Assembly (NCBI GenBank): GCA_013265495.1
Contig: MU057701.1
Coordinates: forward strand, 1,116,001-1,180,000
Direction of reading: 5' to 3'
DNA length: 64,000 bases
Source of the DNA: Vicugna vicugna
Lineage: Eukaryota
Under the pieces are notes generated by a model. The model did not search any database, was not told where the DNA came from, and saw only the letters and a program-made list of their open reading frames with translations. A program made the translations under genes and the position numbers. Positions 39,952 to 52,199 of the stretch are shown piece by piece. Position 1 is the stretch's first letter. Each line of letters starts with the position of its first letter.

Positions 39952-40081
39952 TTGGAACTGCTTTATTTGGCTTTGGCAAGCCACCTCTTGGACTTGGAGT
40001 TGTGGTTTTTTTAGAGTAAATCTTCCAGGGCTGACTACGTTTTGGAGTTCCTTTATGAACAGTTTCTCTGTATATTTTTTC
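39952..40081 (-). CDS. CEP95: CEP95 coding exon (~exon 14), with an AAG acceptor
   Basis: ctaag|GAA AAA...CCA A|gtaag, 130 nt; [43 protein letters not shown]. Confidence 0.9.
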
Positions 40082-40916
40082 CTTAGAAGCAGATATAAAA
40101 CAGAATAGAAATGAGAGAAGTCTAATAACTCTTCCATGCATCATCTTAAACATTACATACTGACAAAAATAGCTAACATAATCCCCAGCCAAACCACCGC
40201 ACTTCGAACTTCTAAAATCTGGTTAGTATTTACCTACTCTAAGTTAAATGCATCTTTTGGTTTCTGGCATCCCTTGGAATTTGAAAAAGCACTGAATCTT
40301 TTTCCTGTTTCATAGTTAGCATAGTCCCACACCCTAAATACAGCTTCTAATAATGTTTTGATGTACTTGCTTCTTTGACAACTTTCTTCATGTAGATTTT
40401 AAAAGTTCTTAAACAATGTTTAGTAATACCCATACTGTATTTTATATCCTGTTTTGCTTATGAACATTTTAGCGTAAGCATTTTCCCCATACTTTCATTT
40501 AGTTTTTGTAAGTATTCTTTAAAAGGTAATGAAAACTTATGCTCTGGGTTTCTTCCAACCAGGCACAGAACTGGGATTTCCTGTCTTCTTACTTCTCCCC
40601 ATTAACTTTTGAGCCTAGACTATCTTTTAAAAGCCTTGGTGAACTGTGAAGCAATAGAACCTCTTAAAAACTGATGGAAGTTTCTGGCAGGAACAAAAAA
40701 TGCTAGTATTCCTTGGTACCATGTCTTGCTACATTTTAGCAACTTGGCTACCCTGTGAATAAAAGAAAATCCCACATCGTGAAATGAAATTCTGCCTTTT
40801 TCTAAGGGGCTAATGATTATTAAGGCCCTGTTGTTTTTTCCTTTTAAAAAGATTATTTCTATACTTTCCAGTGGTCTGATCAAATGGCATTTATTACAGT
40901 AGAGACTTTTACCCAC

Positions 40917-41006
40917 TGTTTCCTCCTCCTCATTTATTCTTGGAGGTCCAATATTCTCTTGAACTCTATTTCTTCTTAGTTCCTTTTCAAATGCTTCAGT
41001 TATGGC
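40917..41006 (-). CDS. CEP95: CEP95 coding exon (~exon 13)
   Basis: tctag|GCC ATA...GAA ACA|gtggg, 90 nt; AITEAFEKELRRNRVQENIGPPRINEEEET; donor chosen to keep the frame. Confidence 0.88.
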
Positions 41007-41183
41007 CTAGAGGAGAAAAGGCCATGTGATATTATAGTTATTAAAAACATACAAATGAAAATGAAGGAAAAAAAATTCACCCAAGATTATGCTATTCTAC
41101 TTTTTTTAAAGTTCTTTTCAGGCTATATATCATAAATATATATTACTTAGCAGATATGTAATTGGGACATAAAACTATATAAT

Positions 41184-41257
41184 TTTTTTTTAATGGGGGG
41201 AAGTAATTTAGGTTTATTTGTTTATTTAGACAGAGGTCCTGGGAATTGAACCCAGGA
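41184..41257 (-). mobile_element. 5'-truncated Vic-1-like SINE
   Basis: tail and B box only (gaggtcctgggaattgaacccagg). Confidence 0.7.
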
Positions 41258-41874
41258 AATGTTTGAAATGTTTTGCTATCCCCCTGAGTGGAAGGTGCAA
41301 GCTGAGTTACATACTGAGTATGAAACATGTTAGTATAAGATACCTGAATTGGTTTCAGTTTTTTACCAATTTCACCAATGTTGTAAAACATACTATAGCA
41401 AACAACTTAGGTGTTCTAAATTCATGCTGCATTTTAGGATCCCTATTTTCAAGCAGAAAGTCTTCCTCAGTAATCATACATTTCCTTGAATCCTAACTCC
41501 CTCTCATTTTTGTCTTGGGCACTTGCATCCTATCTGGATCTCAACTGGTGAGTCACATGTAATTCACCTCAAATTCTCCTCATTTCTAAAGTTCTCTCTG
41601 AAAATACCAGCCTACTTTGATCTACTTCTTAATCCACTGGAGTACTAGGCTATCTCTGACAAGATTACTCTTCTTAGAGCTTCACGAGTGTAAGTTTTAT
41701 GTTCCCTAATGGGGGACATACAAGTGTCACGTAATTTTATCATCCACTCAGCTCAAGAATGTGAAATGCATTTTAAGCCTTTAATCAACATGCTGCAGCA
41801 TGTTCACTGTAGCATTTGGCTGAAGGTAAATGGTAACGCCTGCTGCCCAGTGGCAGTCACGAGATGGGACGTAC

Positions 41875-42014
41875 CTTTGCTTGGAACCGGCGGGTATCTG
41901 TTTCTTTTGGCTTTCGCTGCCTTTTCCTCTCCATTTGGAACTGTTTGTTTTTGTTAACTGGAGATGGAGAGAGTGAATGAGACCTGGAGGGTGGCTTTCT
42001 ACGTATGGCAAGTC
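41875..42014 (-). CDS. CEP95: CEP95 coding exon (~exon 12)
   Basis: tgtag|GA CTT GCC...GCA AAG|gtacg, 140 nt; (G)[46 protein letters not shown]. Confidence 0.92.
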
Positions 42015-43711
42015 CTACAACACAAAAGAGACACGTACCATTAGGTCTGAGAGCCAGAAATGTTAAGTTGGCAACCAAATAGTTGGTTTTTACCAAATCC
42101 TAAGAGACTGTGAATGTGCTAAATGTACTCTGTTCTGTAACTAATTTCTGTTTGTCTGTATGTTTAGTCATACTAAGCAAACAGACAAATGCACACAGTT
42201 ATACTCAAAAATGTCTCAGAGAAGTACTATGGTTCTATATTAAACTTTGGGTTGAAAAACGGAGCAACATGTGGAATGCCTGCTGCACACAAAGGCGTTT
42301 TTTATATATATATTATATATATAGTTTACGTGTATATACACACACACACACACTAAGTACCCCTGTTGGTGGAGGCAGAGACAAACGTTAACCCATCTGA
42401 GCTACGTCTGCTATGCCTTTACCTATCTAGGTCCCAGGGAGGGGATGTAAGCATGTAACATACCTTATTCTTACAGAGCAGCATGCTTATAAGCAAAAGT
42501 TAATGTAGTTCAGCATTTTTAGGCAGTTCCGTTCTTTCCTACTTAGTGATCTAGCTTACTTCCACACTGCCTAAGATACCTGACAAATTACTTCTCTCCA
42601 CAAACCTTTTTATGTTCCATTGTCTATAGATATGCTTGGGTATCTGCTAGTTGTGAAGAGGGGAACTCCATGCCTTTTTGAAAAAGTGAATAATTCAATA
42701 TAAGTCAAGGAAATTAACCTTTCTATATAAATTTTCCCAGGGAATTCAAATGTCTGATTTTAATCTTCCTTTTCACTCTTTTAATTCAAATCTTTCAAAT
42801 TAATTTAGAATTCTAACATGTTAAAGAAAACTGACTTGCACAATCTATTTTAAATGATATTTTTATAACATTTTACTATGTCCACAATGTACTCTTCTTC
42901 AGAAACTGAAGACCCAATTTAAATAACATTTTACCTTACAATGTGTTTTCAAAATGTGGTACCACATACATGTGTATAGTAAAGGAAACATGTAGGTTAC
43001 TGGCTGAGGGTTCCTAGAAATTACCTGAGTCAGATTTGAGGGACGAGAGGTGAAATAATCAAGAGAAGGAAAGAGTATTCTTGGAGTTAAAAAAATGAAG
43101 TTAAGGGAGTTTTGGATGAGAAATGAACTGTTGCATTTCCAGCGAAACAAGGGATGACCAAAGGAGATAAAACTGAATAGAAAATACTCAAATTTTAGTC
43201 GGTGGAAGACAGAATAATTATTTGAGCAAAGAGCAAGAAGCATCTGCAAGGATGTGGCAAACCAGAAACTGTCAAGCGTTGCTGATATGATTAGAAACGC
43301 TTTGGAGAGGAATTTGCAATGGTGAAAAAGTCTGAAAACTCTGACCCAGCAATTCTAGTAGATGTAGACCCTAGAGAAACTTTTGCACATGTTACAGGTT
43401 GTTCATTGCATTGCAGAGTTATTTGTAGCTATGAAAACTGGAAACAATCCGTATGGCCTGCAATAGGGGAAATATGTGTATGTATATATAAACACACACT
43501 CATACAAATGGGGTACACTGTATGAACTTAGTTACACAGTAGTTAAAATGAATGAACTGGAAGAATCAACATAGACTTCTATAAAATAACGTTAACAGAA
43601 AAAAAGTTGCAGAACACTGTATACAGTATCTATGTAAATTAAAAAAAAAACATAAAATGGCACATTTAGACAAGTAACACACAAGCTGGTAAAGCATAAA
43701 GAGGGATGAGA

Positions 43712-46380
43712 GGGCTCCAGGTCAAGATGGCACCACAGAGGCCCCGGACTCACCTCCTCCCATGGACACTGATGTCTATACTACATACTGAACAATTCCC
43801 TCCAAGAGGAATCCAGACACTATCTGAGTGACTTACACACGTCAGGTAAATGAGAAAAAACACACATCAAAATGGGGTGTGGCATACCCTCATCTACTAG
43901 GAGCCATTAGGAATGAAGAAAGTGGCTTAGACAATCAAAGATTTGAGAGACAACCAAGAGTTAGGGATGGGCTGAATGCTAAGATTCATCTCCTGTGCAA
44001 GACTACGCCTTCAAGACTGAAAGAATGGCTTTTTACATAATGCTTTTTAATATACACGGAATCAAGAGAAATGAAGAAACAGAAGAGTATGTTCCAAATA
44101 AAAGAACAAGATAAAACTAAAGAAACAGATCTTGATGAAATGGATGAAGGATTTACTTGATAAAGAGTTCAAACTGATGGTCATTAAAGTGCTGTGAGAT
44201 CAGGAGAACAGTGCATGAACAAAGTTGAGAATTTCAATAAACAGAAAATATAAGAAAGTACCAAACAAAACAATTTTTAAATAAAAAATTTGGAAAACTT
44301 TTAAAAAACAAATCATAGAGCTCAAGAGTATAATAACTGAACTGAAAAATACAATAATGGGGTTTAACAACAGACTAGATGAAGCAAGAAAAAGAATCAG
44401 CCAACTTAGGACAGTGGAATTCACCCAAACATAAGAGAAAAAAGAAAAAAAGAATGAGAAAGGTGAAGATGACTTACAAAACACCATCAAGTGGACCAGT
44501 ATTCACTTTATAGGGGTCCCAGAAGAAGGGAGAGAGAAAAGGGAAGAAAGCTTATTCAAAGAAATAATGGCTGGAAACATCCCTAATCTAGGGAAAGAAA
44601 CAAGACATTCAGATCCAGGAAGACCAGAAACTTTAAAATAAAATATATTTAAAGAGACCCTCACTGAGACACATTATAATTAAACTATCAAATTTGAGAG
44701 ACTCTTGAAAGCAGTAAGAGAAAAGCAACTTGTTACATACAAGGGAGCCTCCATAAGACTATCAACAGATTTTTCAGCACAAACTTCGCAGGTCAGAAGG
44801 GAATGGCAGGATATATTAAAATTGTTGGAATAAAAACTGCCAACCAAAAATACTGCTACAGGAATGGCAGGATATATTAAAATTGTTGGAATAAAAACTG
44901 CCAACCAAAAATACTCTACCCAGCAAAGCTGTCCTTCAGAATTAAAGGAGAGAGAAAGAGCTTTCCAGACAGCAAAAAGCTGAATGAAGAAGTTCATCAA
45001 TATTAGAACAGCTTTACATCAAATACTAAAGGGACTTCTTCACACTACACTGAAAAGGTGCTAATTAGTAACAGGAAAACATATGGAAGTATAAATCTCA
45101 TTGGTAAAGATGAACAGTTGAATTCAGAATACTACTGTAATGATGGTGGGTATATAACATACGAAGTCTAGTACGAAAGTTAAAAGTAGTCAAACTATAG
45201 GTATAATAATTTGTTAATGGATACACTAGGGAAAAATGTAAACTGTGACATCAAAAACAAAATGTGATGGGAGAGTAAAAATGTAGAACATCAGTATGCA
45301 TTAGAACTTAAGTTATTAGCTTAAAACAGACTGTTATAAACGTTTTATATAAGCCTTATGGGTAACCACTTAGCAAAAACCTGTAACAGATACACAAAAC
45401 ATAAAGAGAAAGGAATCCAAGCGTACCTTAAGAGAAAATCATCAAATCACAAAGGAAAAGAGCAAGAGAAGAAGAAAGGAACAAAGGAATTACAAAACAG
45501 CCAGAAAACAACAAAATGGCAACACTAAGTCCATACCTATCAGTAAATAAATGGGCCAAAGACACAGTAGCCGACTGGATTAAAAAAAAAAAAAGACCCA
45601 ATTATATGCTGCCTGTAAGAGACTCACTTTACCTTTAAAGACACAAACTGAAAGTGAAGGGGTGGAAAAAGATATTCTATGCAAATGGAAACCAAAAGAA
45701 AGTTGGGTAGCTATACTTCTGTCAGACAAAGCAGATTTTAAGACCAGGACCGTAACAAGAGACAAAGGTCATTACATAATGATAAAAGGGTCAATTCATA
45801 AATAGAATATAATGTTTGTAAGTTTTTGTACCCAACATAAGAACACCTAAATGTATAAAGCAAATATTAACAGACCTAAAGGGAGAAATAACAGTACAAT
45901 AAAGGTAGGGGACTTCAGTACCTCACTTTCAACAGTGGACAGATCATCCGGACAAGAGATCAATAAGGAAATACTGGACTTAAATTACATGTCAGTCCAG
46001 GTAACAGACATTTAAAGAACACTGTATCCCAAAGCAGCAGAATATACATCCTTCTCAAACACACACAAAATATTCTCTGGGACAGATCATATGTTAGGCC
46101 ACAAAACAAGTCTTTGAAAATTTAAAATGACTAAAATCGTATCAAGCATCTTTTCTGTCCACGATGGTAAGAAACTAGAAATCAATCACAAGAAGAAACT
46201 GGGAAATTCACAACTATATAGAGATTAAGCAGTATCCTACTGACCAACCAGTGGGTCAAAGAAGAAATTTTTTAAATCTTGAGAAAAATGAAAATGGAAA
46301 TACAATACCAAAACTTATGGGATGCAGCAAAAACAGTTCTAAGAGGGACGTTCATAGCAATAAATGCCTGTATTAAAAAA
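43712..46380 (+). mobile_element. Degenerate L1: 5'UTR, ORF1 and ORF2 endonuclease region; 3' part missing
   Basis: caagatggc start motif, ORF1-like sequence from ~44070, ORF2 EN motifs from ~45517 (ggggacttcagtacc, cagatcatatgttaggcc); many stops and frameshifts. Confidence 0.88.
44800..44915. repeat. Perfect 55-bp tandem duplication with a 6-bp spacer
   Basis: ggaatggcagg...caaaaatact at 44800-44854 and 44861-44915; spacer gctaca. Confidence 0.95.
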
Positions 46381-46391
46381 TAAGGATATGA

Positions 46392-46519
46392 GGGGGAAGG
46401 GTACAGCTCAGCGGTAGAGCATATGCTTAGCATGCTCTGGATTCAATCCCCAGTACCTCTATTTAAATAAATTAATAAATAAACCTAATTATCCCCCCAA
46501 ACCAAAACAAACAAAAGAC
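46392..46519 (+). mobile_element. tRNA-Ala-derived SINE, Vic-1-like, internally deleted
   Basis: gggtacagctcagcggtagagc...ttcaatccccagtacc; 17-bp TSD aaaaaataagga(t/a)atga. Confidence 0.88.
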
Positions 46520-46764
46520 AAAAAATAAGGAAATGATACCCAAAGTCAAGCAACAAAATAAGCATATGGAACTATATCAAACAAAAGGTATAAAGCAAAC
46601 ATAACATCTGCTACCTCTAGATGGTAACAGTACCAGTATTCGATATTATTTCTGATGCTTTCTTGTATTTCTGAAATACTTAAAATGAGAAAGCCACTCA
46701 TTAGATCAAAGTGGCTAAGTAAGTGGTTCCCAGGGACCTCCTCATCGTGGCCTGAGACAGGTAC

Positions 46765-46918
46765 CTGGCCTCCGCTTCTTCGGCCCACACTCCATGATGC
46801 TGTCACTATGCTGAGAAAGCGTCTCATCGTCTCCACTCTCCACCTCTTCATTTACAGTATTCTCCTCTTCATAGCCAGCCTTTTCTTTAATTTGATCACC
46901 CAGGGCACTTTTTAACAT
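46765..46918 (-). CDS. CEP95: CEP95 coding exon (~exon 11)
   Basis: aatag|ATG TTA AAA...CCA G|gtacc, 154 nt; [51 protein letters not shown]. Confidence 0.92.
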
Positions 46919-47542
46919 CTATTGAGAAAATTATTTTTATCAACTTTCATTGATTTCAGCAGAATGCATATTGGAAGTAGACCGATAAAAACTTTTAAAA
47001 GCTTTCTCTGATAATTAGGCATACGTTTAGGTACAAGTTTTTAGATGCTTATGCACAGTTTTAAGAAGATGATATATATCAGTGCCACGAACTATTCAGA
47101 GTAATAAACTTAAGAGTAAGTCACATAGGGATTTAATACATTTTTTCAATGATATCCCCCAAACTATGGTATTGTACTTTGTGAAAGTCAGCCAGCCATC
47201 TAATTTTATACCAAATCTGTCTTTAGTGACAAAGGGAAACTATACAGATATTATCTAAATAGAAATGATTTGATGTAATCATTTATATTAAATGATTCAG
47301 TTTTCATCAGAATTCTATAAAAACTTGGATAAATCTGTACCAAATTTGGTCATATCATAAAAGGCTAGGAGATCATTTCTCATCCTATGTTCTACCTGCT
47401 TGACTTACAGAAGACTTTCACAGTAACTAAGACACAATTAACTTTCTAGTACCTTAGCTTAGCTTTTACCTTCAAATGAAAATCACTTAAATGCTCACCA
47501 ACTATGGCAATCTCAGTACAGATTTAAAAAAACAAGACTTGC

Positions 47543-47672
47543 CCAATCTAGTTCAGAGAGGCGCTGAGATAGTTTCTCTGATACAGCATGTAATTCTTGT
47601 TCTGTTAACCTTTCTCCTGCCCTCTGGGAGAAAGGTAAATCCCAGGATGAGACTGCAGCTCTGTTTTCATAT
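47543..47672 (-). CDS. CEP95: CEP95 coding exon (~exon 10), ending at a GC donor
   Basis: tacag|A TAT GAA...GAT TGG|gcaagt, 130 nt; [43 protein letters not shown]. Confidence 0.9.
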
Positions 47673-47859
47673 CTGTAATAAAAGTGACCATGTGACATTT
47701 AAGTAGACAAGAGTACATTACTAAGTTCAAAACAACTATAATATGTGCTTTACCAAATATTTCATACTATTCTCATAGCTAAATTTGGAGAGTATATCCT
47801 TAACTCTTCAAATCTCTTTGCAAACAGATTATAAACATTGAAGCCTACAGTAATGTTAC

Positions 47860-47972
47860 CTTTTTCCTTTGGGAAGCTTCCTTGTCCTAGGGCCTTGGAC
47901 CTGGGCTGGACATATTTCCTGCTTGCTATCTTTAGGCAACTTGGAAGTTAAGCAAGCTCTATTATCTGGTTC
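47860..47972 (-). CDS. CEP95: CEP95 coding exon (~exon 9)
   Basis: aacag|GAA CCA...AAA AG|gtaac, 113 nt; [37 protein letters not shown]. Confidence 0.9.
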
Positions 47973-47981
47973 CTGTTAAAA

Positions 47982-48372
47982 AGAGAACAGAGTTGATTTG
48001 AAAAAATGACACAAAAATAGTAAGATTTGGGGTGCAAGGGGAAGGGAGGACCTATGGCACACAGCAAAGTCCCTTTGTTCTCCATGGTTTTTTTTTTGGA
48101 GGGAGTAGGTAATTAGGTTTACTTATTATTATTTTTTTTTAATGGAGGTACTGGGGATTGAACCCAGGACATCCTGCAGAGAACAGAGTTGATTTGAAAA
48201 ATGACACAAAAATAGTAAGATTTGGGGTGCAAGGGGAAGGGAGGACCTATGGCACACAGCAAAGTCCCTTTGTTCTCCATGGTTTTTTTTTTGGAGGGAG
48301 TAGGTAATTAGGTTTACTTATTATTATTTTTTTTTAATGGAGGTACTGGGGATTGAACCCAGGACATCCTGC
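47982..48372. repeat. 196/195-bp near-perfect tandem duplication
   Basis: 47982-48177 and 48178-48372 differ only in an A6 versus A5 run. Confidence 0.95.
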
Positions 48373-48412
48373 ATGCTAGTCATGCACTCTGCCACTGAGC
48401 TATACCCTCCCC
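48283..48412 (-). mobile_element. tRNA-Ala-derived SINE, Vic-1-like; its 3' half is duplicated at 48088-48177
   Basis: ggggattgaacccagg...cactgagctataccctcccc; degenerate TSD tgttctccatg / tattctccgtg. Confidence 0.88.
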
Positions 48413-49424
48413 CTATTCTCCGTGTTTTGCTTTTTTAAAAAAAAACATTTGTCAAAGCACTCTATTGATCCCCAATGCAAAAGGAATGGAATAATGTCTA
48501 CAAACTTGCACTCAGAAAAAAAATGTGGCTCGGGATACCATTCAAATATAAAGGCAGGTAAAGTACGTGTTCTCAAATATGAAAATTTACACATTACAGC
48601 TATACCTGGACAATGAAAAAAATGATCAAATGACAAGTAGAGAGCATTAAAATCATTATCTTTCATATCAAAAAGTCAATAGAAACGGTCTAAAACTGAA
48701 ACAGTTAAAGATAAAACTTCCAAAATATGAAAATAAATTCAACATTTTAACAGTTTATTTCTCAACCTTAGAAGGAATCTTATAAAAAATATTTCTTATG
48801 GTAAAGAAACACCCGATGTTTAACCTCTTCAGTTTCACTTCAGTAATTTTTTCTTTTATTTAAATTTAATAGTTTTTAGTAAATAACAAGTATAATCACA
48901 TTAAAAATTTTTTTTAATTGAAGTTAGTGTCCTGCTTGAGAATTATTTCAAAGCGAGTATTCCCACTTAACTGCTACTCAGGTCACAAAACAGAGTATTA
49001 CCAGCAGCTCGGAAGCCCCTCACCATCCCCCAAGCCTCCTCCAAATATAACCATTACTCTATAATCCCTTCTTTGTCTTTATCCATCTACCCTCCTGGCT
49101 AAACAGATGCACAAAAATGTTTAGAATGATGGTCATCTAATGCTAACTGAAATTTTTCTGAATTGTCTGAATTTTTAATAATGAGAACGTATCATTGTTT
49201 ATAAACTTACCCTTGGTATATACCTGAGTGTTCTTGTTTCTAGGAAGATAGGGACAGGATGACATATAAGAAAGGATTCTATTTTCAAAGAATAGACGAG
49301 TGGAATCAAATAGGCCAAAATATTAACAGCAGTTCATGCTAGATAACAGGAATATGTATGAAAAATTATTTTTCACACTTTCTTATAACTTTGAAAATTG
49401 TTAATTATTTAATTAGACCTACAA

Positions 49425-49650
49425 TATGGTTCTGAAGCTAGAATGCCTGAGTTCACATCCTGACTCTACAATTGCTGTGTGACCTCAGAAAAGATACTTA
49501 ACCTCTCTAGTTCAGCTTCCCCATGTGAAATTACAAATAGTACCTACTCCAGAGCTGCGCTGCAAAAAGTAACTTATTCAATACCTGTAAAGTACTTAGA
49601 ACTGTGCCTGGCACAAAACAAACACTCAGTATGTGTTGACTCTTACTGTT
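49425..49650 (+). mobile_element. MIR SINE
   Basis: gcctgagttcacatcctgactct...gtgacctc...cttaacctctct...gtaaagtacttagaac...cctggcaca. Confidence 0.8.
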
Positions 49651-49860
49651 TCCCCTTTTATACATCCATCCCGTCCGTCTTCCTAAGTTAAAAACATCAC
49701 GTGCCCACAGAGGTAAGTTTTAAGTACAGTGCTCTGATTAGTGCAGTTACCCTTACTACCGTTCTAGCAAAGAAATTTTATTTATTTTATTTTTATTTTT
49801 TTAGCAGAGACATTTTAATGTATAGTCTCTGTCCAATTGAAAGCAAGCTTTTCCACTTAC

Positions 49861-50054
49861 CAGAGAAAATGCTGTGCCCTGTCCAGTAGAATTCATTGTA
49901 GGGGAGCAGTGACTTGAACGCAAGTATTCTTTTCCTATGGGGCAGGGAGCCCGAGGCTCTGAAGGGTGGTAAGGCGGATGTAAAGGAATAGCTGATCGGA
50001 TAGGCTCCCCTAACTTCCTAGCACTTGGAATCATATCCACAGAAGGAACTTCTG
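49861..50054 (-). CDS. CEP95: CEP95 coding exon (~exon 8)
   Basis: tctag|CA GAA GTT...TCT CTG|gtaag, 194 nt; (T)[64 protein letters not shown]. Confidence 0.93.
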
Positions 50055-50802
50055 CTAGACAAATTAAAATGGACATTAAGATGAAACTAAGAAATAAATC
50101 ACGTCATGTATACACATACCTATAGAAACATGTTCACACACACTACTTAGAAATGTATTTTCAACTTGATTTTTAAAAAAGCACACAAAAAACAAACAAA
50201 AAAAGCATACCAAAAAACCAATTAAATTAGGGACGCATCCTCAGTAAACAAGTAGGAATCTAATTAAATCAGGAAGAAAGTAATTTTAATGTTATTGTTA
50301 TAAAAATGTTCCCTAAAAAGTTATTTTAAAATATGAAAAATTACTAAGAACCTAAATGGCTTGAAGAATAGCTATATAAATTATGGTTCATCCACATATG
50401 ATAAAAACAGTTAGCCAATAACAATAATTTTGTATAATACTAACCATATGAAAATCCCAGAGATAGTAAGAAATGAGAATATTTTTCAAGGTATTATAAT
50501 ACGAAGACCACCAACTGATATATTAATTTTTCAGAGACTCTTACTGTCCTAAAGTCTTTCTTTGAAAGGATTTATATAATAAAACAGTGGATGCAAAACA
50601 TGTGACCAAAGACCAGCTTAAGAAGAAACCCAAGCTCATAATTAATAGTGAACATTTATAAATGAGGTCATGTAAAACCAAAGAATTACATTAAGCGTAG
50701 AGCAACGAAAGTAAAAACCCTAATAGCAACAGAACTGTCTCAGGAACTCTGTCTCCAACTCACAGCAACAGTCTCAAGAATTCATAATGCATTACTACTT
50801 AC

Positions 50803-50934
50803 TGTCTTCAACAAAGGATGTCCTGCTCTTGGACAAAAAACTAGAGGAGGGAGGGTTCAACATTTCTTTATGTGAGTTAGAACATGGTAGGGTTGAAGCT
50901 TTTTTAGAGTGCATTTCGTTAGGGCCCTGGGCTC
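50803..50934 (-). CDS. CEP95: CEP95 coding exon (~exon 7)
   Basis: tccag|GA GCC CAG...GAC A|gtaag, 132 nt; (G)[43 protein letters not shown]. Confidence 0.92.
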
Positions 50935-52199
50935 CTGGAAAAGAAAATATTAAGGACAAAAATTTTTTGCTACTGAATGTTATAGTAAAAGCCAAGAGTT
51001 TCGTAAAAGAGGATAAAAATCTGAAGAACGACATAATCATAGAAATATGTTGGTCTGATTGCTTGAAATACCAATTACTTGTAATAACTATCAGATAGCA
51101 AGGTGTAGTTCTGTAGCCCAGAATCATTCATACAGTTTAAAGGCAGTTTTACACAATGTTGCGCACCTTTGCTTTAAAAGTAGGTGCCAGAGTTGTAGAA
51201 ATGCTGACTATTGCACAGGTGTATCTCTGAGCTAGAGGTCCTGGCTGGTACCATAGTCAAAAATTTATAGGTCAAACAAATTGTTTTGTTTGTCTAATTT
51301 TTGAAAGCTTAATATTTTGAATCAGCTTTATAATGTTATTAACATAGAGAGCTATATTAAAATAGCTCTGAAACTGAGGTTACTGTCCACTTTGCTCCCT
51401 TGGAAATCTACAATACACAAACTCCTCATAAACAAAATGGATTCTTGACTTCCCCTCTCTAACCTTCTTCAATGTAACGAAAGACGTCACCATAAACTAA
51501 TTCCTCACTTTGAAGGTATGAGAATGTACCCTGAAAACTCACTGTTACAAATATGGTCAACTGATAAAATCACTAAATACAGAAAAACTTACCTTGTACA
51601 GATCCCCAAATCCACACAATTTATTCCAAGACACTGTACTTTCAAATTTTTGACATTCATCTGATGTCTTTTAAAAATCAGCAGATACGTTTTTTGTGCT
51701 CCTTTACCACAACGCAGTACAACATGACCATTTTTTCACATCAAAAAGTTTTAAATACATGAATTTCTCTCCATAACACCATATTTTACAAGAATATCAT
51801 CTAAGACATAATGTTCAAAATTCACAAGTTGGTCCACAGTTTCTCTACTACCTGACACTGAATTTGTCATCAGTTTGACCCCAGGCTAATTAATTTTTAT
51901 CGGGTCCATTTTCCCTTCAGTTCCTTGAATGACCATTTCACATGCTCTTTCTTTTTGATGGAAATTGCTCCTAAAATCTCATGCTTAGTTATCATCTTGA
52001 ACTTTTAATTTGTCATACTGAAAGTTACACACTCAAGTATCTCTCCATAACCTTCAGATTGCTTTAGAATGTACTGGTTTATCACTGAAGAGATTGTGAA
52101 CTTCTCTACTATAAGCATTAATAAAACTTCAACTTACAAGTATCTACACAGTAAATACGAAATACCTCATTTACCCCCCCAAAAAAGGGGGTGAGGTGG

